Assembly: GCA_047284725.1 (NCBI GenBank)
Contig: JBJBEO010000001.1
Location: 2,456,203-2,520,202, forward strand
Source: Synechococcus sp.
Lineage (GTDB): Bacteria > Cyanobacteriota > Cyanobacteriia > PCC-6307 > Cyanobiaceae
Length of the DNA stretch: 64,000 nt
Direction: 5' to 3'
Below are positions 45,890 through 56,186 of this stretch, one piece after another. Numbering within the stretch: the stretch's first letter is position 1; each line of letters begins with the position of its first letter. Position numbers and translations under genes: made by a program. The notes under the pieces were generated by a model. The model had not been told where the DNA came from. It did no database searches and saw nothing but the letters and a program-made list of their open reading frames with translations.

Positions 45890-46515
45890 CGAGAATTTAA
45901 TTCGTGACTTTGATAATTATGTACGCCAATGATCTCTCATTTACATGAGCAAAATCCAGGATAGGTTTTTTATGCGGCTGTATACTTTGCTTTTCAATAT
46001 TGCAGAAGCTTCTTAGCATGCAGATGATGGCTGCGTTGGCCCTAGTGTTACAAGCTATTATGAGTGGTTTAACACTTGGCGACATAGAGGATATACACCT
46101 TAGGTTTACTGCCATTGATAACATCTAATCATCATGTTTAGTGATGGATTTGCTATAGCCCAAAAATTTGTCAATGATCAAATATTGATTAGCTAATAAT
46201 TTTTGGATTTGCGCTTTATTTTATATGTTATTGATCCAAAAAGAAAGTGGCTTGTGGCTCAGCACGATTGAGTTATTTCTATCTAAAATAATTGCAGTAT
46301 TGGATTGACATAAGAAACAGCCTACAGTATTTATGTAATTTTTAATAGAATTAAGCTGCACAAGGCCATAAAAGACCTTCGTATTTGCCTTTAAAATATT
46401 TAATTTAAGAAATCTATGCAAGGCCAAAGTTATTGCATCAGTTGGTGACATAGCTAGTGCTAACCATCCATTGCAATCTTTAGAGTTAAGAGGGCTTGGG
46501 ATTAAGGCTTAGATC

Positions 46516-47424
46516 ATGAAAAAAAATATTGGGTTTTTTAGCACCAAACTTGTTGCTATGACAATCAGTATCACCGCGCTCTTAGGTTGCGAAGTTGGTC
46601 GGCAACAGTCAACAATTATGCGTCATCAAAACTTCTCAAAACCAGACTGCTTTGGTGATCAATCACGGCAGGCACAAGTACGAAAAATTGGCATCGTTCC
46701 GCAATTCACTGCAAAGACAATATGGACAAAATGGGGCCCTCTATTAAGTGAACTCGGAAACAACACTAACCTATGCTTTCAAATTTATGCTGAGAGATCA
46801 ATACCCTCGTTTGAGGCACAGATTCTTAATGGCAAATACGATTATGCCTATATAAATCCAATTCATCAAGTTATGACAAAAGATCATTACGTTCCTCTAG
46901 TTAAAAACGGAAGCTCCCTACTTTCGGGCGTCATTATTGTTCATCCCGATTCAAAAATAGAGACGATCCACGATGCAGAGGGAAAAGATTTATATCTTCC
47001 AGCGCCTAATGCTTTTGGGGCATCAATTCTCGTGCAGCAAGAATTTCGAAAACTGAAGATCAAAATACATCCAATTTACGTAAGAACTCACACTAATGTT
47101 TACTCAGCAGTCGGTAAGGATAAGGAAGCGGTTGGCGGAATGATATTTCGTACTTTGGAAAAAGAAGAGGTACAACAAAAGCTTAATCTGAAAATACTAA
47201 AGCGAACTAAACAATATGTGCCTCATCCTTTTTCTGTTCATAGATTAATTCCAATTCATGAGCAAGAGCTGGTCAAGTCTGTAATGCTAGGTTTTGCCGA
47301 AAAGCCTAATTCTGCATTTTTATTGGAAAATGTACAGATCCCACAGCCCATTCCAGCAAATTATGTTGAAGACTATATGCAACTTGAGACAGTTATTTCG
47401 TCTAAATCTGAGCCTAAGAATTAA
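46516..47424 (+). CDS. PhnD/phosphate-phosphite-phosphonate-type periplasmic binding lipoprotein
   Basis: Lipobox LLGC; IGIVPQF...KWGPLL, YDYAYINP, PAPNAFGAS, THTNVY, YVPHPF. Confidence 0.8.
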   Translation: MKKNIGFFSTKLVAMTISITALLGCEVGRQQSTIMRHQNFSKPDCFGDQSRQAQVRKIGIVPQFTAKTIWTKWGPLLSELGNNTNLCFQIYAERSIPSFEAQILNGKYDYAYINPIHQVMTKDHYVPLVKNGSSLLSGVIIVHPDSKIETIHDAEGKDLYLPAPNAFGASILVQQEFRKLKIKIHPIYVRTHTNVYSAVGKDKEAVGGMIFRTLEKEEVQQKLNLKILKRTKQYVPHPFSVHRLIPIHEQELVKSVMLGFAEKPNSAFLLENVQIPQPIPANYVEDYMQLETVISSKSEPKN

Positions 47425-47437
47425 TGTATCGACTTGC

Positions 47438-49507
47438 TTAGGTCCCATAAATACTAATCATACTTCCAACTTGGCTTTTTGACTTGTAACACGCTTTGTC
47501 AGCGCGAGAAAGAGCTTCTTGCAGACCGTTAGTATTTGTCGAGTAGATTTCAGAAATTCCTATACTTGCGCCAATGCGAGATTCTGGATGATCAAGATGA
47601 ATACTTAGTTCATTAATTTTATCTATTAATTGTTTTGCTAGATTATTGCAGCTTTCAGCACTGCATTGCGTGAATAAAACACAAAATTCATCACCTCCAA
47701 ACCTTGCAGCTATATCAGTCTCTCTAATAGTTTGCTTAATTGACGCTGCAACCATTTCCAGTATTTTGTCTCCCATCTCATGTCCCATATTATCATTAAT
47801 AGTTTTAAAGCCATCTAAATCAATAAAAAGGAGTGAGTGGGTCAATATCTTACTGTTGCGTTGATTAGACAATTCAAGTTCTTTGATTTTTTCATTGAAT
47901 CCTCTCCTGTTTAATAGCTTTGTTAATTCATCATGCGTAGCTTTGTATTTTGCATCATTCTCTTCATTCGTCATTGTTAAGAACAACACTTGAGAACTGG
48001 CTACAGCTGCATTAAATCCAAGGATTTGGATTAAATTAAATTTCGTACCTGCGAGAATTGAGTCATCTCTGCAACCGTTAAGTGAAAGCCTACGCCCCAT
48101 GATATTGATGGAAACAGGTTCTAGAACGTAATCGTTCTGATTACACATGAGATTACCAAAACTTGCTAGACGTGTGGACATGCCAGGTAACGTTGTGTCA
48201 CTAATTTCAAAAGACCATTCTCTATTATTCTCATTATTAAGCTCTGTACTTAGTAACGCTTCAACGTCATAAACACCAACGGCAAATCCCTCTAATTTTC
48301 TCTGCTCGTTAAAGCTAGGAATGATCATTAATGAAGCAATACTGTCTTTTTCAGCGTCTTGAACAAGGTTGATTGGAGGTGTAAGGGTAGCTCGTTGACT
48401 ACGAACCGCTTCCTCCAGTGTTTTTTTCCTGACTGCGTCAGACATCAAATCCAAGCCAAGTGCATTTTCATTTCCTATGGTTGGATTCAAATAGGTGACT
48501 GGTGCGTAAACATCACGAATACCTGCGACAAGTGTTGACCCATTTGGAGACATTTGCATAATGTCGAAATCACTGATACCTGTCTCATCTCTGACTCTAT
48601 TGACAAACTCTTTCCTGTCCTTAAGATTTATAATAGGTGCCCATTCTAGTGCCCTAATCTCAGGATTTTGATTTAATAGTGGATGGGTAAACTGATTAAA
48701 TTCGTCTGGTGAAACGTAACTGGATGCACGTCTAAGGGCAATTGTTGAAAGAACGACCTGTTCTTGATTCTCAGTCTTATTTTTTAACTGGACAGAAACA
48801 TCTTCCAAGAAGCCTTGATCTCTAGATCTTAAAAGATCACTGTTTGTGATATATTGTTGGTGAAAAAGGTAAAGTCCAATCAGTGCAATTATCATGGGGG
48901 ATAGGATTCCTTTCCATGGGAGATGAAAAAGTTCTGTATACTTTGTTTTGAAAATTTTGAGGAATACTGGGGCTAAACAGATTGCTCCTGAACTATTGGC
49001 TCCCCATATAACCACCATGGATGTTAGTAAATTGATCTCTGTTGTCGAGTTAAATAATAATGTAAGTAGTTGGGGCAGAAGAAAAAATAAGGAGCCTGCA
49101 AAGCATCCAAATAATATAAATCGTATAACTAGATCTGAATTGACTGGTTCCCAGTCTTGATGGTGATTAGGATTGCAAACCTCCGCCCCTATCTTTGCAG
49201 CTAAAACAACACATAGGCTCGTCAAAAGAATTCCAGTAAAGCCTGCATCTATCGTGTACAGAGTTTGAGGCCATAACATCTGACAAACGACAGATGCCAG
49301 CCCTATGGAGCCGAGAACAGTATTTGAATAGCGTATTGTTGCTGCAAGAGCTAAACCCGCCGAAGGATTAAATAATGAATAACTACCGTCAATCGATAAT
49401 TTATTTCCAATCGAATATAAAAATATATAAGCTAAAAACACCAGTCCGTTTAAAATCAGCTGCCAACGCAGATGATTTGTCGGCCATGAAGGCCTTAGGA
49501 GTCGCAT
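47438..49507 (-). CDS. MASE1-CHASE-GGDEF diguanylate cyclase
   Basis: MASE1-like TM block (FNPSAGLALA); CHASE (IRALEWAP, YAPVTYLNP, NENALGLD, LTPPINLVQ); HDELTKLLNRR, RETD I-site, RFGGDEF. Confidence 0.88.
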   Translation of the reverse strand: MRLLRPSWPTNHLRWQLILNGLVFLAYIFLYSIGNKLSIDGSYSLFNPSAGLALAATIRYSNTVLGSIGLASVVCQMLWPQTLYTIDAGFTGILLTSLCVVLAAKIGAEVCNPNHHQDWEPVNSDLVIRFILFGCFAGSLFFLLPQLLTLLFNSTTEINLLTSMVVIWGANSSGAICLAPVFLKIFKTKYTELFHLPWKGILSPMIIALIGLYLFHQQYITNSDLLRSRDQGFLEDVSVQLKNKTENQEQVVLSTIALRRASSYVSPDEFNQFTHPLLNQNPEIRALEWAPIINLKDRKEFVNRVRDETGISDFDIMQMSPNGSTLVAGIRDVYAPVTYLNPTIGNENALGLDLMSDAVRKKTLEEAVRSQRATLTPPINLVQDAEKDSIASLMIIPSFNEQRKLEGFAVGVYDVEALLSTELNNENNREWSFEISDTTLPGMSTRLASFGNLMCNQNDYVLEPVSINIMGRRLSLNGCRDDSILAGTKFNLIQILGFNAAVASSQVLFLTMTNEENDAKYKATHDELTKLLNRRGFNEKIKELELSNQRNSKILTHSLLFIDLDGFKTINDNMGHEMGDKILEMVAASIKQTIRETDIAARFGGDEFCVLFTQCSAESCNNLAKQLIDKINELSIHLDHPESRIGASIGISEIYSTNTNGLQEALSRADKACYKSKSQVGSMISIYGT

Positions 49508-49712
49508 GGAAGGTAGTGGGATCTATATCACCATTATGAGTACATTTCTAGATCTTATTTTCTGCTTCATCAAAGCTTAAGTTATGAGGCTATAGAGGTC
49601 TTGAAAGCGTTAATATAGGGAGTAACAATTATTTCAATCGTTACTAGTCCTTGGCGCGGCGCTTGCTTTTTTGACTGTTGGGTCTTTGTCCTGTAAAGAA
49701 ATTCAATTAACG

Positions 49713-51746
49713 TCAGTAAAGAAAGCTTGGTTGTTGAGCTTTCCCAAATAAGTACCCTTGTCCAATTTTGTAGCCTATGTTTTCGAGGATGCTTCGCTGT
49801 AAAGTTGTTTCGATGCCCTCAGCAAGAACTTGGATTCCTAGCTCTTTGCAGGTCTGTGCTAGACATTTAACAACAACTCTTGCTTTTTTATCCGTCACCA
49901 TTAGTTTTGTAAATTCAACATCGAGTTTGACACTATCAACGAGCCCGCCTAGCAACCATTCAATACTGGAGTAACCGGTACCAAAATCATCAAGTGCAAT
50001 TTTCACACCAAGTTTTTTTATATTGTTAAGCCTTGAAAGTATAAGATCAGACCTTTTTAGTACGACTGTCTCTGTGATCTCAACAACAAGGTCTGAAAGG
50101 TCACAATTATGCTGCTTATTTAGCCTCAATATCAATTTGCTGATATCAGTATTCTTAAGGTGTGCAGGACTTATGTTGACCGATATTTTCCGTTTCAAGC
50201 CTGTGTCTTGAGTTTTCTTGAGTACGGAGAGTACATTGTTTATACAATAGCTCTCAATATTACCTATATCACCAGTATTTTCAGCGATTGGAATGAATTC
50301 AGCTGGCATGATCGTTTCACCATTGCTTTCCTCTGCCATCCTTACAAGTGCTTCTGCTCCATGGACTTCTCCATTCGATAAATTAATAAGTGGTTGATAG
50401 GCGACAATCAGCTTTCCATTGCTCAATCTTTTCCTGATAAGCTTCTTGATGTAATTTGCTCTTGTTGAAATTTTTTCAAGATAATCATCATAAAATGCAC
50501 AACTCCCTTTCTGGTTTGACTTTGCATAGTACATTGCACGATCTGCTTTCTGTAAGAAATCTTCTGCTGAACTGGTCTCACCCTGATGCTTAATTGCAAC
50601 TCCAATGCTCACGGACACTTTAGAGACTAATGCTTGAGGATGTAGAGTCGATAATTGATTGAGGCTTTCATTGAGTCGCCTTGAAATCTCTAGGACTGAT
50701 ATATTGTCATTAATGCGTTTTGCAAGAATAGCAAATTCATCTCCTCCTATCCTGGCAATTAAATCTCCATCTCTTACAGAGGCCTTGAGATAGTTGGCTA
50801 CTTCTTTCAAAAAATAGTCGCCATGTTCGTGGCCAAAGCCGTCGTTGAGAAGTTTAAAGTTGTCGATATCGCAATAGTAAAGTGCAAAATTGGTGTTTTC
50901 TATGCCTGAAAGTAGTGCCAGTTCTTTAATAAAGCATCGTCGATTAGCCAACCCCGTTAGCGAATCAGTCGCTGCGTATATTGATAGATTTTGTTCATTT
51001 TCCACTCTCTGCGATGTGTCTCGTTGAATTGAGATCCAATGCGTAAAGAGATCTCCATTCATGGCTGAAGGGGACGCTTTCAGTTCAACCCAATGTTTGG
51101 AATTATCTTTTTTCCGGTTAAGAATCTCCATGCTTGACTCTCTCCATAGCCTTAAACTGCTTCCAAAATCTTTAAGTGTCGTTACATCAGAGTCTTCACT
51201 CTGGAACAATCTCGGACTCATGCCCATTAACTCTTGATTCGAGTAACCAGTGGCACTGATTGACGCTTTATTTGCATAGATAATTAGCGGTCCAGGCGTG
51301 TCGAGCGGCTCTGCTAATGTAATGAGACAGCAGTCAGCAATATCATCAAGAGCTGATTTGAAGAACTGAATGGCATTTTCTAACCCTATATTTTTGCGTG
51401 AATGATTGCTCTGATTCTCCAGTAGTGCTATCCCTAGCCCTGTATGCGTTAGGAAAAACCTAACAATCCATTTTTTTTCAATCAGCGGCGTAGTATTTAT
51501 TTCGTAAAGCTTTGGCAGTTTGTCGCTGTATCTAAAATCTTCATAGACGGATCTTAATTCTTTGATGGTTTCAAAGAGATTAATCTCTTGATCGTCGCAT
51601 TGGTTGCTTATCAGTATTTCTTTTGCGGCTTGGTTTGTGTAGGTTATTTGACCATTCAGTTTGAAAAGGAAGATTGGATCGGATGGAAGCGCGAGCAAAT
51701 CTCCATAAAAACTATCTATTGTGTTTTTTCTGGGTGTGGAAATCAT
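49713..51746 (-). CDS. PAS-PAS-GGDEF-EAL c-di-GMP cyclase/phosphodiesterase
   Basis: PAS with IIYAN..TGY..ELMGMSPRLFQ; RDGD/RIGGDEF; AEALVR, VEITE, ALDDFGTGYSS, AEGIET, GQGYLF. Confidence 0.92.
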   Translation of the reverse strand: MISTPRKNTIDSFYGDLLALPSDPIFLFKLNGQITYTNQAAKEILISNQCDDQEINLFETIKELRSVYEDFRYSDKLPKLYEINTTPLIEKKWIVRFFLTHTGLGIALLENQSNHSRKNIGLENAIQFFKSALDDIADCCLITLAEPLDTPGPLIIYANKASISATGYSNQELMGMSPRLFQSEDSDVTTLKDFGSSLRLWRESSMEILNRKKDNSKHWVELKASPSAMNGDLFTHWISIQRDTSQRVENEQNLSIYAATDSLTGLANRRCFIKELALLSGIENTNFALYYCDIDNFKLLNDGFGHEHGDYFLKEVANYLKASVRDGDLIARIGGDEFAILAKRINDNISVLEISRRLNESLNQLSTLHPQALVSKVSVSIGVAIKHQGETSSAEDFLQKADRAMYYAKSNQKGSCAFYDDYLEKISTRANYIKKLIRKRLSNGKLIVAYQPLINLSNGEVHGAEALVRMAEESNGETIMPAEFIPIAENTGDIGNIESYCINNVLSVLKKTQDTGLKRKISVNISPAHLKNTDISKLILRLNKQHNCDLSDLVVEITETVVLKRSDLILSRLNNIKKLGVKIALDDFGTGYSSIEWLLGGLVDSVKLDVEFTKLMVTDKKARVVVKCLAQTCKELGIQVLAEGIETTLQRSILENIGYKIGQGYLFGKAQQPSFLY

Positions 51747-52445
51747 GTCAACAACCTCTCTTCCTTAATTGTATGCGGTTCTAACGATTAGAACAATGAA
51801 TCTTTTAGAGTAAATTAAAATTGCCAATTTTATTGCCGTATTTTTTAGTTGATCCAATTGACCATTGTTTGTATTTTTCTTAGAGTTTAAGGAGAAATTG
51901 ATAAGAGATTGATTGTCGTTGATCTATGACCTTTATTCGAGAAGTCGTTCATAGCCAAGGCTTGACTTGACTAATTCCATGTTAAACGATCGGTTGGGGC
52001 GTGGCATTGGGACGTTGAGGTGCTGATGGTCTTGAGATGCGTGATAGACCTAAGCTCATCCCTTTTTTTGCATCGATTCATAGCGATTTATTATTTGGCT
52101 TGTCATTGATACTTTGGTTTTTGTAATGCGATGCATGCCTACAAAGGCCTGTGCGTTGTTGATTCAAACGCAAGCATCAGCAATCATCTCTTTAAATCAT
52201 ATTTTGTCGGTATAGCTTCGAACTGCTTGATTATAAATAGTACAAAATATCACCCTATTCTCAGGGCTTTATGGGAATCCTGGCTTGCTTGTGTCTTGGT
52301 CTCTCGTCCATCAATGTATCATTGGCTAATAATTTTCTAAGGACTTTCTGAGGCAATAATCATCGGATCATAGTTTTTCCTTTTTATAAGATTGCCGACT
52401 AAAATATGTTGTTTCTATGATTTAATCCTAGCTGTATTTGATGTT

Positions 52446-54222
52446 GTGGCAGATCGACTTCTGCTTCAAGGTAATAAAGTTATCTGGATGGGTGGTCTTG
52501 CAGCCCTTGGTTTTCTGATCAATCTTTATCCCATCCCCCTTTTCTTTAGCGTCGCCCTTTTGTTTGGTTCGATTGCACCTGTTGCTTCGATCCTTGTGTG
52601 AGGTAGCTGGTGGTCGATCCCAATGGCCTCGATTGTTAGTCTGCCAACGTTGCAGTTCAGGGGACATCCCTATGCGAGTATTAATTTTACTTCTGAAGCT
52701 TTTTCCCTTTGGCAATTGACCAGAAAAAGATCGCCCTCTTCTTTTCTGGATCATAAAATTATTAGGCTTGATATTGTCTTTTGGCTCACGGTGGGCGTAC
52801 TACTTAATTTTATTTTTTACTTTAATATACTAAGCCTCAACCTTGTATCGTCGCTGACTGTCTATCTCAATCAAGTAATAAATGGCATTTTAAACACGTG
52901 TATTGTTTCCATCATCTTTCTCGTTGCTTCCATCTATCGACTTAAATGTACAAGCAAGGTGTCAATTAAGGTCTTGATCGTTGGCTCCATTCTCGGGTCA
53001 ATTCTTGCATCTTCGTTGTTGATCTCAACAATATCCAATTTTTTATCCTATCAGACATTGTGCATGGTCAAATTGTTCGATTCGCCGACATAGCGAGACT
53101 TGTAGTTAGTTCAGATGACAGAGCTGAACCATTAGAGCGTCGTAATCTCGAGCCTCTAAGCATTGTTACAGCGCGCGACCAGAAAAGGTCAGCATCCTGC
53201 ATTCCAGTCGGTGATGATCTGGAAAAAGCCTCTGTCATTTCGTCGTCTAAAAATCAGTGCCTAAGCATTCTTCTGGCAAATAATAGTTCATCTGGTATTA
53301 AGGAGTGTGTGAATGGTAAGTGGTATTTTGAATCTTTGGCCATGCCAAATCTAGTCGTTTCGAAACAGGAGCCCAGTCGTGAAGGTATCCTACAAATACA
53401 GCAAAATAGTTCCTATCTGCTTTTGCCACTGTTTTTGACTTCCTTCGCCGGTTATGGATTAAGTCGCTATATTTCATCATGGCTTAGTGCTCAGTTTGCG
53501 ACTGTTTCAAGTCATGTTCAGTTAACTGCTCCAAGGGAGATTTCAAGCGCTTCTCCCATTGCCGACCATGTTTTCGTCGACAAGTCTGCGCAATTGAATG
53601 AAATAAAAGTAATTGGCCAAGCGATTGCGAGTCATGTCAATACGAACAGACTGATTACAGAAGATTTGGCAGATATCAATGAAAGGCTGCAGGTGACGAG
53701 GAAAGAGCTTGAGTTGGAGTCGATTACTGATCGGTTGACGGATGTCTTCAATCGGCGCGCATTTGATCAGTGGATCGCCGTTGAATGCGAAAACGCTAAA
53801 CGCCAGAACACTCAACTTAGTTGCTTGTTGTGTGACGTTGATCATATTAAACAGATAAATGATTCCTGCGGTCATCAAATTGGCGATGCTGCCCTGAAAG
53901 CTGTAGCTGAATGTGTCAAAAGCCATCTGCGCCTAAACGATAAATTTTTCCGTATTGGTGGTGATGAATTTGCGGTTTTAGTCGTGGGTCAGCACGTCAA
54001 CAAGGGTGATGAGCATTGGCTAAGAAACTCTGCGAACTTGTGAATGGTTTGGAAATTGGTGAACAAGATCGCCGCTTTTCAATCAGTTGCAATATTGGTG
54101 TTGCGAGATTCAATCATGTGATCGATTCCACTTCTTCTTTGATTGCCAAAGTGGATAAAGCTCTTTATGAGAGCAGGCTTAATGGCCGTAATACAGTCTT
54201 TGTTTCAACCTATCTGATCTAA
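52446..54222 (+). pseudogene. Disrupted membrane sensor diguanylate cyclase
   Basis: Four collinear pieces: in-frame TGA at 52599-52601, frameshifts near 53060-53093 and ~54015; N-terminal PLFF..LLFGS...HPYA TM sensor; TDRLTDVFNRR, RLND, RIGGDEF, DKALYESRLNGRN. Confidence 0.85.
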
Positions 54223-54413
54223 GTCTATGTCTTTTGCTTCAAATCAAGCTTGCCACTACTTCCGTCTTCTTAGGCGTGTGATTCCCCGTCCGTCGACGAT
54301 ATTGTGATTGAGAAAGTCCAGTCGGGATCTTGAGCCGTTGAGCTGGTCGGTGCTTTCAGCAGGTATTCTTTGCTGCGCTTCCGAGGCGGTTTTCGAGCAA
54401 GATCAGCTCAGAG

Positions 54414-55946
54414 TTGCCCGGTAACTGTGTGACCACGATCGCCCGCCGCTGTCTTCGGATTCTTGCTTTGACGGCATTCAGTGGGGGGCTCCTAATGCTG
54501 GCTCCCGTTCGCTCCGCTGCGCTTGAGGCGTTGCGGATGCGTCTGCCGCTTCTGGAAAGCGACATCACCCTCGAACTCGGTGATGCAGAGACTGCTCGCG
54601 ATCTCCTCCAGGTCAATCCTGATCTGGCGGAGCTCGACCGTGCCGGAGAGGGGGCGGTGACGAAAGTTCTGGAGCAGGTGCTCACGGCGCCTTTGCCGCA
54701 GGTGACCAAGGGTTTCCTGGATCAGTCAGCCGGTCAGCCCCTGTTTGAGCAGGCCTTGCTGGCTGCATCTGGGTTGATCCAGGTGGATGGGGTCGCCGCG
54801 CCTCTCAATGGCCGTGATCTCACAACTGCCTTGCAGCTGGCCTACAGCGAGGGCCAGCCCCACTTGCTCGGCGTCCTGCGGCGTCTCCCAGGAAGCACCG
54901 CCTCGATCGACCTGCAGGCCCTGATGTTTTATGCCAATCGACTCAGTCGTCATCAGGCTCAGGCCAAGCAGCTGATTCAGGCCGCTCAATCTCAGCCTGC
55001 GCCTGCGCCTGAGTTGTGGGCTGCCGTGCAGGCGGCTGGCGGCTGGCGGCGACGTGAGGCAACACTGGTGGTGGCCCATCGGTCTCATCCCCTTGAGATC
55101 GTGAGTTTCCAACCGTTGCAAGAGGCCAATGGGCATGTGGTGGTGATTTCCCACGGTCTCTGGGACGAACCGGCCAGTTTTGAAGCCTGGGCCCAATGGT
55201 TGGCCTCGCGCGGTTACACCGTGCTGCTGCCCTTGCACCAAGGTAGTGATCTTGCCCAGCAGCAGGCGATGTTGAGTGGCGAGCTGCCCCCGCCACCGGC
55301 CGATGAATTGCGGCGTCGACCACAGGATGTAACGGCTCTTCTTGACGGGGTGGCAGGCGGTGAGTTGTTGCCCGGAGCTCAGCTCAACACCGAGGCGGTG
55401 GCCATGGTGGGGCATTCCTGGGGTGCGACCACCACGCTTCAAGTGGCCGGTCTCCGCACCACCGATACCAAGTTGATGGCTCGTTGTCAGGACCTTCGCG
55501 ACCCTGAACGCAATCTCAGCTGGGTGCTTCAGTGCAGCTGGTTGCAGTCAGCGTCCGACACCGCGATGTCCGATCCCCGCATCCGTGTGGCGGTGGCGGT
55601 GAGTCCACCTCTGCGTCTGCTGTTTGATGCCGGCAGCGGCCATGAGCTGACGGCTCCGGTGTTGCTGGTGAGTGGAAATCGCGATTGGCTGGTGCCTTCT
55701 GGGCCTGAGGCGATCACACCTCTGCGTCGCAGCTCATCGCTCGCGAACGGGCATCGGTTGGTGCTTGCCTCCGGTGGTGGACATTTCAACCTGCGTGGAC
55801 CTGCCGGTCTTGAGCCGCCTGTGCTGGCTCCACTGATCGAAGCCTGGATCAACCAGACACTGCAGCCCGAGGCCGCTCTGCGTTTCAACGGAGGACGTTG
55901 GGGCAGCGTCCGCATTCCGCTGGTGGATGTCACCCCTCAGCTTTGA
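54414..55946 (+). CDS. Secreted alpha/beta hydrolase (DUF1400-like N-domain + hydrolase)
   Basis: Signal peptide, VVISHGL, nucleophile GHSWG, catalytic D (NRDW) and H (GGHF); start may be GTG 54429. Confidence 0.85.
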   Translation: MPGNCVTTIARRCLRILALTAFSGGLLMLAPVRSAALEALRMRLPLLESDITLELGDAETARDLLQVNPDLAELDRAGEGAVTKVLEQVLTAPLPQVTKGFLDQSAGQPLFEQALLAASGLIQVDGVAAPLNGRDLTTALQLAYSEGQPHLLGVLRRLPGSTASIDLQALMFYANRLSRHQAQAKQLIQAAQSQPAPAPELWAAVQAAGGWRRREATLVVAHRSHPLEIVSFQPLQEANGHVVVISHGLWDEPASFEAWAQWLASRGYTVLLPLHQGSDLAQQQAMLSGELPPPPADELRRRPQDVTALLDGVAGGELLPGAQLNTEAVAMVGHSWGATTTLQVAGLRTTDTKLMARCQDLRDPERNLSWVLQCSWLQSASDTAMSDPRIRVAVAVSPPLRLLFDAGSGHELTAPVLLVSGNRDWLVPSGPEAITPLRRSSSLANGHRLVLASGGGHFNLRGPAGLEPPVLAPLIEAWINQTLQPEAALRFNGGRWGSVRIPLVDVTPQL

Positions 55947-56186
55947 GTCATGCCATTAAGTCCGCCTCAGCGATTCTGCAAGGCTGCAACGTTTGCATTC
56001 GCTTATCAAATCGGATCACCACAGGATGGGATGGAGGCCCGCTGACCCTTGTGCTGGAGCCGTTTTGTGATCTCCCGTCGCCGTTTGCTGGCTGAAATCT
56101 CAGCTTTTTTTCACGTTTTTCCACTGGGATTCTCCTAATCCTTGACAAGGCCATTCGGTCTGACGCGTTGGGCATCGGAGGTGCGT

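Larger units (their letters stand above)
42750..54300. mobile_element. Low-GC genomic island (c-di-GMP signalling island); no integrase or att repeat seen
   Basis: Spot-counted 60-mers fall from >60% GC in core genes to ~50% (42.8-44.6 kb) and ~33-40% (44.6-54.2 kb); long spacers and pseudogenes; boundaries approximate. Confidence 0.8.

Noticed and set aside
45897..46515. Small ORFs and a possible Pho box or NtcA site upstream of the PhnD-like gene
   Set aside because: TTAA motifs are not at 11-bp spacing, no GTA-N8-TAC seen, and the ORFs look like AT-rich noise.
51750..52440. Possible c-di-GMP riboswitch or sRNA in island spacers
   Set aside because: No GEMM-type GGCAAAC/GAAA/GCAAAG pattern or strong stem seen; an Infernal/Rfam scan would be needed to exclude it.
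56142..56147. TTGACA upstream of sps as a sigma70 -35 element
   Set aside because: No plausible -10 hexamer at 16-18 bp spacing.
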